Origin: Octopus bimaculoides
Lineage: Eukaryota
Assembly: GCF_001194135.2 (NCBI RefSeq)
Contig: NC_068997.1
Coordinates: 40,143,278 to 40,207,277 of the forward strand
Reading direction: 5' to 3'
Length of the DNA: 64,000 nt
In this document: piece by piece, positions 1 through 13,479 of the stretch
How the letters are laid out: the number at the start of each line of letters is the position of its first letter
How positions within the stretch are numbered: position 1 is the first letter of the stretch
The notes under the pieces: generated by a model
Told to the model about the DNA's origin: nothing
Databases searched by the model: none
Seen by the model: only the letters and a program-made list of their open reading frames with translations
Program-made: the position numbers and the translations under genes

Positions 1-59
1 CCATTCTTATGTTGACGATGATAGCATAACATCAGCGGCTGTCTCATAACCTCGTAAAG

Positions 60-720
60 GACGGGTTTCATTAGAAGATATTCTCTCAAGATGCTATTGC
101 TGTCAAGACTATTTATAATTCCGTTTGCAGGATCACATTATAAATCAGTAGTTCTCAGCCATCTTTTGACTATGGTGCCCTTTGACTCCTACTTTACTCT
201 ACTGGACCACCAACTGTATTTTTTATAATTAAATAGTAGGAATTGAAATATTTTGTGAATTGTATATCTGTAGAATTATGAGCACATGAATTTTAACAAC
301 CAAATCGTATATGCCCCACCCCAGGCCATATCGACCCCGATTGAAAGCCACTGCCTTGACTGATAAGAAACAAACTGAAAGATTCTAGTAAATCTCAGTA
401 TCATTCTGTGGGATATGGAATATGATTCCCACACAGTTATAGCTGTAACCTCAACAGCGACACCAACATTTCATCTAAGTTTAAGGAAGGTGAGATTATC
501 TGTAATAATCAAAGTGAAACACCTCTCGTATCATGGCAATAGATTCTCGTTTGTATCTACTATCAGATAATATCGAACTAAGCTGCAACTGATTTCTATA
601 AATTACTGAAAAATCTTGGTTTTCTTCAAAAACAGCCGATCAAACTGAATCGCTTCATCAAAATATAGTATATAGTTGGTACAATGCAGAGCAGCAAAAC
701 AATCCAAAGATCTGCAAGTT
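60..720 (+). pseudogene. Very decayed 3' remnant of an R4/Dong-type RLE LINE, interrupted by a MITE
   Basis: Manual translation across frameshifts gives ILWDMEYDSHTVIAVTST-ADTNISSKFKEGEII (~404-510) and KNLGFLQKQPIKLNRFIKI*YIVGTMQSSKT (~611-705). These parallel the RLE C-terminus of the better preserved element at 28100-29285. Confidence 0.5.
146..353. mobile_element. hAT-like MITE
   Basis: Termini CAGTAGTTCTCAGCC ... GATTGAAAGCCACTG are imperfect inverted repeats of the CAGTGGTTCTCAACC type. No clean 8-bp TSD. Confidence 0.55.
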
Positions 721-1116
721 GAATTTCATGGAATAAAGTATACAAGCAGTCACATGTGTCCAAATGCATACCTCCATGCATTTCAATAAAATCACATATT
801 GTTGAGAATTGTACAACCTTACACGAGCGCAAGCATATTGAAATGCACTTCAACATTTATGCAGACATTAACATCCATATTCACAAACACCTGGAATTAT
901 CTTGATTCAAACAAGGAAGACTTCCGGCTTAGTTAGGGCGCGACCGAAATGTGCAACGAACACTAATAAATCTAAATCGTAATATAAAAACATGTATACA
1001 TAAATACATGCGCACATGCATACATACATACATACATACATACATAATTGTGTGTATACATATGTATATACACGCGCGTAAACACACAGATATACACATA
1101 AACACATAGACACATA

Positions 1117-2283
1117 TCAGGTCATCCCATAAGTTCTGTCCGATTTTACCTTTTTTAATATTGAATGAAATTTAATATGGTATTTTAGAATGTTTAATGG
1201 AATTAAAAATTATTTTTATGCATTTGTGTACATTTAAACTAATTAAATATTATTTTATAGAATAATAGAATTAAAATTTCTTTGATTAAAACCCTTTCTA
1301 ACATAGAAGTATACAAAGAGCATTTGAGGACATAATGCTTTATGAGTACAAAAACGGAAACTCAGTTTATGGGAAAGAATGCTTGAATGAAAGAACTTGC
1401 AGAAGATGGTTTTCAAAATTCAGAAGCGGAGATTTCAGCCTTGAAGATGAAGATCGAACAGGACGTCCAGTTGAGTTTGATCATAAGCTCCTTGAGGCAT
1501 TACTTGAATTAAATCCTGCATTATCAGTTGAAGAAATGGCAATAAAACGTAATTCAAACCATACAACTGTTCATCGTCATCTTCAACAACTTGGAAAAAT
1601 TCATAAACTTGGAAAATGGGTGCCTCATGAATTGTCCNNNNNNNNNNNNNNNNNNNNNNNNNNNNNNNNNNNNNNNNNNNNNNNNNNNNNNNNNNNNGCT
1701 TGGTAAAAGGGAAAATGCTCAACCACAACCGAGAAAGGAACTTCATGGGGAAAAGGTTCTTCTCTCTATCCGGTGGGATTGCAAAAGAGTAATTTACTTT
1801 GAATTGTTACCACCTAATGCAACAATCAATACTCAAGTCTACTGTCAGCAATTAGAGCGTTTCAACAAGCTTTGAACAAAAAAAGTCCCGCTTTAGTGAA
1901 TCGAAAAGGAGTGATGTTTCATCAGGACAATGCGCGACCCACACTGCAAAGATCACATCACAGAAGATCGAAGAGCTTGGTTGGGAAAAGATTCCTCTCC
2001 CGACATTGCTCCTTCAGACAACCATTTGTTTCGTAGTTTACAGAATCATTTGGGGGACATAACTTTCACAAGCCAGGAGGAGGTCGAAACTGACATTCCA
2101 GAGTTCTTCGCTTTGAAACCAAAATAGTTTTACATTGATGGGATTAAAAAGCTTGCAAATAGATGGAAGGAGGTCATAGATAATCAGGGAAAGTACATTG
2201 ATGATTAAATTTCAATTAAATATAACATTTGATCACTTCTTTTCTTTATTCAAAATTCGAACAGAACTTATGGGATGACTTGA
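1117..2283 (+). mobile_element. Mariner (Tc1/mariner, DD34D) transposon, defective
   Basis: TIRs TCAGGTCATCCCATAAGTTCTGTCCGATTTT and AAAATTCGAACAGAACTTATGGGATGACTTGA, with TA at 1115-1116 and 2284-2285. Confidence 0.95.
1303..2208 (+). pseudogene. Mariner transposase pseudogene (frameshifts, stops)
   Basis: HTH region (RTCRRWFSKFRSGDFSLEDEDRTGRP), WVPHEL, FHQDNARP and SPDIAPSDNHLFRSLQNHL motifs are spread over several frames. The first catalytic Asp would fall in the N-gap 1638-1697. Confidence 0.92.
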
Positions 2284-3098
2284 TACATACATACGGGCGT
2301 ACGTACGTACAAACATACATACATACATACATACATACATACATACATAAAAATACATACATACAGACATACAGGACAGAAAGACAGACAGACAGACATA
2401 GACTGATCAATTGGTTGAGGCAGAGGAGTAGAAAAGAGAAAAGTAAAAGGGATAAAAAAACGAAAATAGAAGAAAAGAGAACTCTACTTCAGAATGATTG
2501 GCATGTTTCGTTGTATCAGTGGTTACAAAACCCAATTCTGACCTCTACTATTCATAAGTGTAGTCAGAGATAAGACGATAATCATAACTGCAGCGGCAAC
2601 GATAGTAATCAGAAAATCATAGATTTCGACAAGGTGATGAGGGAGAGGTGGAAGAAAAGAGCAATGACAGGGAAATGAAAAAAAATAAAGTAACAATAAT
2701 AAATACTTGAAACATCAAAGATCCCATTCAGTGCTCAAAACAACCAGAGTTTCAAATGTTTACTTTTGCTGTTGTCATTTCTATGTGTAATGTTCTAGCC
2801 ATTGTTCTTCTGTTTATAATACCAGTGTTTTTACCTTCTTTGGTGATATACATACATACACACACAAACACACACACACACACATATGCATATATCTATG
2901 TATGCGTATATATTTAAATATATATATGTGTGCGTATGTGTTTGTATTTCTATATAGATATACATATATATATGTATGTATATATACTTATAACTACATA
3001 TAATTATATATACATAAATGTATAAATAAACACAAACACACACACATGTATATGTATACGCAGAGAATGAGGAGGATAGATAAATAGATATTTGTTCA

Positions 3099-3162
<64 letters not shown>

Positions 3163-4593
3163 NNNNNNNNNNNNNNNNNNNNNNNNNNNNNNNNNNNNNN
3201 NNNNNNNNNNNNNNNNNNNNNNNNNNNNNNNNNNNNNNNNNNNNNNNNNNNNNNNNNNNNNNNNNNNNNNNNNNNNNNNNNNNNNNNNNNNNNNNNNNNN
3301 NNNNNNNNNNNNNNNNNNNNNNNNNNNNNNNNNNNNNNNNNNNNNNNNNNNNNNNNNNNNNNNNNNNNNNNNNNNNNNNNNNNNNNNNNNNNNNNNNNNN
3401 NNNNNNNNNNNNNNNNNNNNNNNNNNNNNNNNNNNNNNNNNNNNNNNNNNNNNNNNNNNNNNNNNNNNNNNNNNNNNNNNNNNNNNNNNNNNNNNNNNNN
3501 NNNNNNNNNNNNNNNNNNNNNNNNNNNNNNNNNNNNNNNNNNNNNNNNNNNNNNNNNNNNNNNNNNNNNNNNNNNNNNNNNNNNNNNNNNNNNNNNNNNN
3601 NNNNNNNNNNNNNNNNNNNNNNNNNNNNNNNNNNNNNNNNNNNNNNNNNNNNNNNNNNNNNNNNNNNNNNNNNNNNNNNNNNNNNNNNNNNNNNNNNNNN
3701 NNNNNNNNNNNNNNNNNNNNNNNNNNNNNNNNNNNNNNNNNNNNNNNNNNNNNNNNNNNNNNNNNNNNNNNNNNNNNNNNNNNNNNNNNNNNNNNNNNNN
3801 NNNNNNNNTATATATATATATATATATTTGTGCCCGTACATATATATAAATATACTCAACAGCATCTTTCAGAGAATTTTCATTAAAAATTAATTTATTA
3901 AGAATCATTAGTTTAAATATTATTAGTTGTGTTTAGAGAAAGAGATGTTTAAAATGGAAAAAGAAAAACAAAAGATACAATAACAAAATCGAGGAAAAAC
4001 AACTAAAAATAATATCATATCTTCTTTATAGTGTTATTCCATCTGATTCGTTTAGCATTTGAGAAAAGGAATAAGAATTAATTCGATAGAATACTTAAAA
4101 GATAGCCATCAGCCATTTTTTCCTCTCCGTTTCTCTTTCTAAAGCCGTTTTACAATGTTGCGAATTGACTTTTTCTTATTATGTTTCATATTATGAAAAT
4201 CTCATTTATTCATCAAAGAAAGTTAGAAATGCTTATGTATAATACTAGCTGTGTGTATATGCAGAGGTATAAAAGGGGAAAAAAAATCATATCCACGTGC
4301 ACAAGCACATTTGGCTAAGACTAATGTAAAATTTTTGGTAAAAAGAAATAGCCAACATCTATGTAAAACTGCGTGTGTTCATCACAAATACACATAAACA
4401 TACACTTATACACCTACGTACAAACAACATACATATGTACATATATGTATATATATATGTGTGTGTTTGTGTGTGTGTGTATGTGTGTGTGCATATATAT
4501 ATATATGTGAATATATATATATAGGTATGTTTGTATATATATATATACACGTACATATACATATGTCCATAAATGTAAGTATATATATTTTAT

Positions 4594-4639
<46 letters not shown>

Positions 4640-5190
4640 NNNNNNNNNNNNNNNNNNNNNNNNNNNNNNNNNNNNNNNNNNNNNNNNNNNNNNNNNNNNN
4701 NNNNNNNNNNNNNNNNNNNNNNNNNNNNNNNNNNNNNNNNNNNNNNNNNNNNNNNNNNNNNNNNNNNNNNNNNNNNNNNNNNNNNNNNNNNNNNNNNNNN
4801 NNNNNNNNNNNNNNNNNNNNNNNNNNNNNNNNNNNNNNNNNNNNNNNNNNNNNNNNNNNNNNNNNNNNNNNNNNNNNNNNNNNNNNNNNNNNNNNNNNNN
4901 NNNNNNNNNNNNNNNNNNNNNNNNNNNNNNNNNNNNNNNNNNNNNNNNNNNNNNNNNNNNNNNNNNNNNNNNNNNNNNNNNNNNNNNNNNNNNNNNNNNN
5001 NNNNNNNNNNNNNNNNNNNNNNNNNNNNNNNNNNNNNNNNNNNNNNNNNNNNNNNNNNNNNNNNNNNNNNNNNNNNNNNNNNNNNNNNNNNNNNNNNNNN
5101 NNNNNNNNNNNNNNNNNNNNNNNNNNNNNNNNNNNNNNNNNNNNNNNNNNNNNNNNNNNNNNNNNNNNNNNNNNNNNNNNNNNNNNNNNN

Positions 5191-5241
<51 letters not shown>

Positions 5242-5807
5242 ATACAATATATATTACGTATATATATTGCATTTATATATATGTATATATATATATATGT
5301 GTGTGTGTGCGTGTGTGTATATATATGCCTATATGTGTATATAAATATATATATTTTTGTGTGTTTATGAATGTATGCATAGGAAATAATCCTCCTGCTT
5401 TTCAATGTATCTGAAATAACAGTGTTGTGTTTATCTAAATAAATCTACATACACGTAGCAACTTCCACACTCACATATACACACTCACACACATAACACA
5501 CCCAAATATGAAAATTATTTTTTCATGTATATATATGTGTCTATGTGTGTGTGTATATCTAAAGTATGTGTATCTACACATATGCACATGCATACACGCG
5601 CGCGCGCAACGCACAAACACACACACATTTATATATATGTATGTACACATATATGCATACACATAGATACACACAATGAAAAGGAGAATTATTTTCCCTT
5701 CGCACCTGCCACAATTAAGGATACACACGAGACACATCTCTGTTGATTAGATACTCTCTTATATAATATCTACATATGTGTGTGGCTGTGTATACATACA
5801 TACATAA

Positions 5808-5850
<43 letters not shown>

Positions 5851-6430
5851 NNNNNNNNNNNNNNNNNNNNNNNNNNNNNNNNNNNNNNNNNNNNNNNNNN
5901 NNNNNNNNNNNNNNNNNNNNNNNNNNNNNNNNNNNNNNNNNNNNNNNNNNNNNNNNNNNNNNNNNNNNNNNNNNNNNNNNNNNNNNNNNNNNNNNNNNNN
6001 NNNNNNNNNNNNNNNTATATATATATATATATATATATATATCATAGAATACCGGGGTTCTTTGACCTTGGATGGCCTACTATGTAGAAAAATAAATGCG
6101 AGTTCGTTGCATAATGGTACCAAATATTATGTTTGGTTCTGCTTTAGTGTTCGTTTAATGACGACCCGCACACAAGTTTCTATGTAACTCGCTTAGACAA
6201 ATGAGAATGTATACCGCCATATGTATGTTTGCTTATATGTAGATCTTTGCTGGAATGCATTTAAAACAATTTTTAATTAAAAATTATCAATTACTTTAAA
6301 GAATCACGAAAATAGCAAAACTGATAGAAGAGAGGTATTTTGTATATGTTTGAGCTTAAAATATTCACACATCTTATAAAGTAACCTGTATAGTAGTAAA
6401 TGTGTCCAATAGCATCTGTCACTATTTCCA

Positions 6431-6975
6431 GTTTAGTTTCCGGTTCAAACGCTTAATAATTTTTTTTTTTTTCCACTCATAAGTTTCCTTCTTTATTTTG
6501 AATTTCCAATTTTTCCGAGGTATTTAAATGTTCAATACACGGAATATTCTTAAAAGAAAAACGAATCTTTACATGGTTTTTATGTACACTGACTATCTCC
6601 ATTAATCTTGTTCCTGTTTGGCCGATACAGTCCTCATTGGACTGAGGACATAGGATGAATTTAAGGAGTTTTTGTTTTACAGTTCTTAAACATTTTTCCA
6701 TTCTTGAATTTTGGGACCTTACACCCTCTTCAATCAAATCATAAGTTCCGCATGAAAGATCTTCAGATTTTGTCACTAGTTTGAATTTCGCTCTTTTAAG
6801 AGTTTTCAAGACATGCCGGTTGCCTTCGGCTGTTAGTAATTTTTAAAGTTTTAATGGTTTCTCTTAGATTTGCTGGCTGGTGCAGAATTGGAAAGTGTTG
6901 CTTACATACATGCAAAACGTTGTAATTTCTGGATTGTGAATAATTACAAATGGAATAATTCTGTCCCCAAAAATT
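6431..6975 (-). pseudogene. Penelope-like element remnant: RT C-terminus, Cys-rich linker and GIY-YIG endonuclease (Neptune-like)
   Basis: DRIIPFV..HNPRN, NSRRQPA..LKRAKF, decayed linker KSEDLSCGTYDLI (C..C..C type), and LCPQSNEDCIGQTGTRLMEIVSVHKNHVK (YIGQT..R....H motif). Confidence 0.75.
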
Positions 6976-8078
6976 ATCCTCGATTACAGGTAAGTTCATC
7001 GCTATCAATTCACTGCAGGGAAAGCTCACCGCCATCAATTCACCGTGAAGAAATTTCACATTGTGGAAGATTTATCGAGAAAATATATCAATAGCATCTC
7101 GCCATTAATAGTTAAAAAATATTTTATTGAAAAAGACGGTGGATTGATAACTGTGAACTTACTGGGTATGATGAGCCATTGCCAATACTATATAGAAAAG
7201 ATACATAGTAAGTCATTGAAGAACACCGCCACTACCACTACCCACACAATATATACATGTGTGTATGTTTGCGACTGTGTGTGGGGAGATATAGGTAGAA
7301 ATATATAGGGTAGTATTAAAGTAACAGCAAGATAGGAAGAAATCCATACAGACAAATGGTTGTAAATATGAACAATTCCGATTCACAACCATACACATCC
7401 ACGCACGGCCGCGTACGTACATGCACACGTACGTGTACACGGAAGCACACACACAAGGACACAAGAACACACAACCATACACACACTCACACACACAAAA
7501 ATGCACATACACACACTCACATGAGACACATACAGACATTCACAAGCGCATGCACACACATACGCCCTCACACACGCATACGCAGGAACAAAAATACACA
7601 TAAAGGACGCACATGTACACACATGCACACAGACGCTTACCTATTTAAAAGAAACGTCTACACTGAACACACTCACATAAGCGCACACACACCGAAATGC
7701 ACACACGTAAGTAAACACTCACACATCTACATACATACACACATGCATACATACTCATAGGAATAATAGCAGGCCATGAAAAGTGAGGGCATGTCATTGA
7801 TGAGGTTGCGATCAATAACAAAAGCACTTTGACTAACAACCCGTTGTATGCTTAATCATTGCATTAAATAATTAAGCAAACGATCAACTAGTTTGTTGGT
7901 TAGATATTTAACCAATTGACCAAAAGTAAAACGTGATAGTGAACCAGAGCGTGTGTTTATTGCCGTTTTATTGGCATAATGACCGTCCCAAGACACACAC
8001 ACCATTCAGATTTAGAATCTTGCAAGCCAATTACAAAAACGAAGTAAAACAGATTCAATTTTCAAATTTAATGTTTTA

Positions 8079-8119
<41 letters not shown>

Positions 8120-8527
8120 GTCACAGGCGTGGTTGCAAAGAAGCTTGCTTCGCAACTACATGTTTCCGGGCTTAGTTACACTGCGTGGCGCGTTGGGCAA
8201 GTGTCTTCTAAAGCCTCAGGCTAACCAAAGCCTTATGAGAGAATGTAGTTGACGGAAACTGAAAGAAGCCCGTATGCATGTATGCATGTATGTATGTGTG
8301 TGTGTATGTATATGTATCATTGGGTCTCTGCTTTTCCCTCATCATCGTTTTTCAACCGGTGTTAGTGTTTTAACTTTTCCGTAACTTAGCGATTCAGCCA
8401 AAGACCGATAGAATAAATACTGGGCTTAAAAATACGTCATGTGGTCGATTTGTTCGATTAAAACCTATCAAGATGGAGTCCCAGCATGGCCTCAGTCAAA
8501 TGACTGAAAACAAGATAAAAGATAAAA
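8120..8527 (+). mobile_element. tRNA-derived SINE, family A
   Basis: Diverged tRNA-like head, TTGGGCAAGTGTCTTCTA block, GACGGAAACTGAAAGAAGCCCG, central microsatellite, tail CCAGCATGGCCTCAGTCAAATGACTGAAAACAAGATAAAAG. Same layout as copies at 51821, 55871, 63371. Confidence 0.85.
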
Positions 8528-9777
8528 TAATGAATGTATGATAGCCGTCCACTCGTGACCGAAGAAGACCATTGCTGACCTTTAGGAACATTGTGCGTTC
8601 TAGGACTAACTTATATTTTACATTTGCGGCTCTGTTGGTGGCTAAAAAGCCCTGCTCTTGACATACATACACGACTACAAACAATGTAAACCAAGCTTTC
8701 TTCATTCACTACGCTCGCAGTGCGCTTTCGATCAGCACGATAAAATTCTTCATGAAGAATGCATGCTTTTTCAAAGGTGTCGAACCTCTGCTTAACCTCC
8801 TTCATCTATCTGTGATGCGGACAGGCATCGCTCTCCTAGTCGGTCTCCTGCATATCACAGGCCTTTAATGAGGACTTGACACAATCCTTAAATCGCAGCC
8901 TTGGTTTCTGCCGGGGTCTCTTTCCACTAACATGTTCCTCATATCGCATCTGTTTAGGGATCCTGCTATCCTTCATTCTAATAAGGTATCCAGTTCAACG
9001 TAACCGGTGTTTGTGCACTATCGCCTCAGTACTCAAGATATCAGCTTTTCTCAAGACCTTTGTGTCTGGAATTTTTAAGGTCCAGCTAACATTCAGGATG
9101 TGTCTCAGACATCTCTGATGGAAACGGTCAAGGATTTTACATGACGTTTGTAAAGAGTCCATGTCTTACAAGAGTAAAGGAGAGATGTCAGTACACAGCA
9201 ATTTTAGTTTGACTTGTGATGCCATGCCAGGACCTGACACGAGACTCAAGAGACTAGAAGTAATCAGTTGCTCTCTGCAGCCTGAAAGATATTTCATCAT
9301 CCAGGGAGCAAGAACGGCTGAGTATGCCGCCCAGGTAGACAAACTGGTCTACCGTTTCAGAATTGTTCCTTCAACCAAAATAGCTGGTTCCACATATGGA
9401 ATTGCTGGTGCAGGCTGGAACATTACAACATTCTTGTCCAGGCTAATGCTGAGTTCAAATGTCTTGCAAGAAGCAGAAAGACGATTCATAAGTATTTGCA
9501 TTTCATCCACTGTATGAGTGACTAAGTCACAGTCATCTGCATAAAGGAGGTCACGAATAATAGACTGGAGAACCTTTGAATTGACAGCAAATCGGTGCAG
9601 ATTAAAGAGGCAGGCAGAAGATCAATACCTGACATAGATTCCCAGAGAGCTAACCTTAGCAAAAGCATGAGTAAAAACAGCAGCTAAGTACAAAGAAAAG
9701 AGAGTTGGGACAAAGATTTCAAATACAATTACAAATACGATGTAAAACAGATTAAATTTTCAAATTTAATGTTTTAG

Positions 9778-9814
<37 letters not shown>

Positions 9815-10618
9815 TCACTCTGCTTGAAAGTATTCTCTAGAGGAATGGGTCCCGCCATTCCACCACCAACATTGATCCACGCCTCCATCCCATCATGAAA
9901 TGATTTAATTATACATACAAATTGATCCGGACATCTAAGTTTGCCAAGTATTTTTCATAGCAAGGCCCTATTCACAGTATCAAAGGCCTTGGTTAAATCA
10001 CTTAATACCTGGACAAGACCCCTATTCTGCTCATAGCACTTCCCCTACATCTGTTTTACTGTGAAAACCATATCCATTGGCCTTCTACGAGATCGGAAGC
10101 CACATTGGGATTCAGAGAGGACATCATTTACGAGACACCCATTTAGGTGGGTAAGAAGAATATTTGCCAGAACCTTGCCAGCAGCTGATAGTAGAGCAAT
10201 ACCTCTGTGGTTACTACACATTATTCTAGCTCATTTTCCTTTATAGAGAAGAAGAAGAATTGCACCCTTCCAATCCTTAGGCCATCCCTCCAGACTACAC
10301 TAGTAAGTTCATGAAAGGACTGTATGATTTAATCACCAAATCGCAAGACCTCAGCACAAATTCCATCCCTTCCAGGTGCCCTACCAAGATTCAATTTAAT
10401 TATTGCTGTCATTACCTTATCTATTGAAGGCGTGGAATTTGAGGAGCCAATGATAGGTCTTTGTTGCATAGTATCAATCACTGTTTTCTCCACAGCTGAC
10501 TCAGATGTTTAGAATTTCAGAGAAGTGTTAAATCCAGCGACCTGTGATTTCTGTTGATTTTGTAGAGTAGAAGACTCCTTGGAAAGAAAAGGAGCTGATG
10601 CAGTTCTCTTAGGGAATG
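8528..10618 (-). mobile_element. 5'-truncated RTE-clade LINE (reverse transcriptase pseudogene) with a 96-bp insertion at 9718-9813
   Basis: Minus-strand motifs RAPGRDGICAE, CSNHRGIALLSAAGKVLANILL, ESQCGFR, DLTKAFDTVNR, KQSD|IFVPTLFSLYL, RDLLYADDCDL, and C-terminal VCSRVCMSRAGLFSHQ. Many stops and frameshifts. Confidence 0.92.
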
Positions 10619-10664
10619 TAGGTAGTTATGTTTGTATGTATGCATGTGTCTGTTTGCCTGTGAT

Positions 10665-10666
<2 letters not shown>

Positions 10667-10753
<87 letters not shown>

Positions 10754-10758
10754 TGTGT
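10667..10758. repeat. (GT)n microsatellite at the 5' junction of the RTE
   Basis: Direct reading. Confidence 0.95.
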
Positions 10759-13214
10759 ACGTCTATTTATATCAGTGTACATAAGCGAGTGATTTGTCAG
10801 TATTGTAGAGAGGCGGAATATTTTAAACTTCTGCAACAGAATGAACACATAGATTGAATGATTTAACCAAAAATAAGGTCCATAGACTAATGAAATACGT
10901 GCTTTATTGAGTAACAAATAATTTAATGTATTTAATCAGATATTTTGTTTCTTCCAACAATTCAACCATTTGAATAAATCAGCAATAATGTTTTTTTTTC
11001 TTTTGATTACTATGTAGAAACCTATTTTATCGATTCCTCAATGATCAAAAGGGAAGCTTATTCTGGGAAAAGTTCATCAGAGAAGTTGAAATGGTAGACA
11101 AACGTCCACTAAAATACATTTAGTCCATTTTTTTTAACCTTCTTTTTCACGATTTTCTTAACGCCCTAAATTTGAAACAACGCTATCACTCACTGATATC
11201 GCCTCTATACTTCCATTAACTCTATTCAAGATGATGAACAGGTTAAGTCTGAGATACTTACAAAATCCTTATCAACTGTAGCTTTCAATGGCGGAAATTT
11301 AAAAGTAACGTGAAATTTGGGCTGAACGCAAAATATTTGAAACTCTAGATTAAAGTGTAACAATACCTTGAACTCAAATTCAATGAATCGATTCAGTGCA
11401 GTTTTAAAGTGTCTATTTAATATATCTTGCTCTCAAATAGTTGGCATGCAGTTATGAGAAAATCTTATTTTCAATATAGTCAGTAATATGCCCACTTGCT
11501 TTTCATTGAACATTATATTCTCAAAGATATAAAAAGGTAAATTGTGAAGCCGAATTAGTATTTACAACTTTTAAGATTGTTTTTTTAATTTAAATTATTT
11601 ATTTGATTTTGGTGAATGTTGTTAAAGAGGAAGTCTGTTATTCTAATTTTACAAAACTACGTAAACTGAAATATAACCACATGCATACTGATAATACGAT
11701 TATAATAAGACAATGAACATTAGGCTTTTGGCTCATGTTCATTTAAGAATTTCCAGTAGTTACCTAAAGTCACATATTTCCGACCCCCACTCAAATGCTT
11801 CAACACCTGGAAAACTTGGCTGTAATCATATAACTTTTAAGCAACACTGTATTGATACACCACATAGCTAATGGTTAATAACTTTCCTACTGTGGTAACT
11901 GTATCTCAGACAATATTGATGTTGCGCAAGCCCCAACAGAATTTGCATGCTGCAATTCGAGTTGAAGTAGCAGAATAACTCCAACAGGAATTAACTTGAG
12001 ATTTTAAACTTCTGGAGAACGTGTAATCATGAGAACAATGCCTCGATACTCAAAGTAATTCGCGCTCCATCCGCGATATGGATCCACGTCGTAAAAGCTG
12101 TTCCGCTGAACCATTGAAACCGCATTCACATTCGTCTCTATATGTTGTGCTTTGTGGGTAGGGGGTTCACACTCTCAAAATTAGTGTTAAAGCGAACGTT
12201 TTAGGTACGTAATTCAGGATGAAGTCAGCAAGATCATTTACTGAAAGTAAAACTGATACTATGCAATTCTTATAATACAGTTTTGTATTCATTAAAACAT
12301 TGCCACTCAATTGATAACGTGGTAAATTTGAAATGTTTGGAACGTCGAATAGAATGCCTTGTGATATTTGTTTCAATTACCACCGATGCCACCAATTCTT
12401 TTCATAAATTCAAGGTCGATAAACAATACAGTGCCGGCCAAGGACGGCTGAATTGTTACAACAAACGAAATGCTTGGTAGTATATCTTTCTGGCCTGTGC
12501 ATTCTGAGTTCAAATCTAGAGTTCTCTGAAGAAAATGTGACATTTCTGGCAGGAATCGCAACAGACAGATAGTGTCAGGAATCATGTATAAAAAATCGGA
12601 GATGTAATTTCCTTGCTTCACTGGGAAGATGAGTTGCAGCGTTCTGTAATGATGCGATGTTATAATGTTTCAGATGTTTATAGCAACAATAATGGTTTGT
12701 CATATTAACAAAATATCAAATATTTCTAAGAAAAGTGTGGTGTGGATAAAATCATGTGGCATTTGATGTTTGGACAGTGTACCCCATTGTAAGGTTCTAA
12801 AAAAAACCCGAATGGGTAGAGAGTTGAATTACCACACTTCATGCTCAGATATGATTCCAGAACAAAATTGACTCAAATGGATGTTTCTTTAGAAAATCAT
12901 GCAACGACATAATTTTCGGAACAACAGGATTTGTGTTCGCTTCTAAGGCATAGATTTACCCTGAGTTTGCTGATTAATTTTACAGATATGAGCATCAGGA
13001 TTATGAAGTCAGAATAGAAAGGTTTATAGTGATATTTAAACATAACTCTTTCGTACGTTAAGAAATCAAATAATTCGATAATAGCGGTTTATAGATTTTT
13101 CAGCTGTATTAACTTCCAATTGAAGTGAAATATAAAAGCATCATCAAAGACAAAAACAAAAGAATGATTCCCTAAAGTTAGTTCATCGAGGTTTTACCAC
13201 CTCATATACTGAAC

Positions 13215-13405
13215 TTCTATGTGATCACTCGACCTCCTGGATATAGTAGCTAAATTTGCTTAATCATACATCTCAATTTTAAGAAGTTGTTTATTATATT
13301 CTTACATAAGTTATGAAACAGAAAACGGCATCATAGTCTTGGATGGAATGTCATTGACCACACATTTACTCGGCTATAACAGACTGAACAAGGACGACGA
13401 CGACA
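13215..13405 (+). mobile_element. Old dispersed repeat, family E (SINE-like, (ACG/AAC)n tail)
   Basis: CACTCGACCTCCTGGATATAGTAGCTAAAT... body ending in ACGACGACGAC. Related to 13480-13670(-), 20945-21135(-), 29520-29745(+). Confidence 0.5.
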
Positions 13406-13479
13406 AAACCAATATCAAAACTATGTCGGTTGAAGATATAAAAAAGAGCAATCTTTCTATTGGTCCACCACTTTATCTG

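Noticed and set aside
11990-12140. Short open frame VNAVSMVQRNSFYDVDPYRGWSANYFEYRG on the minus strand
   Set aside because: No recognisable family, start or splice context.
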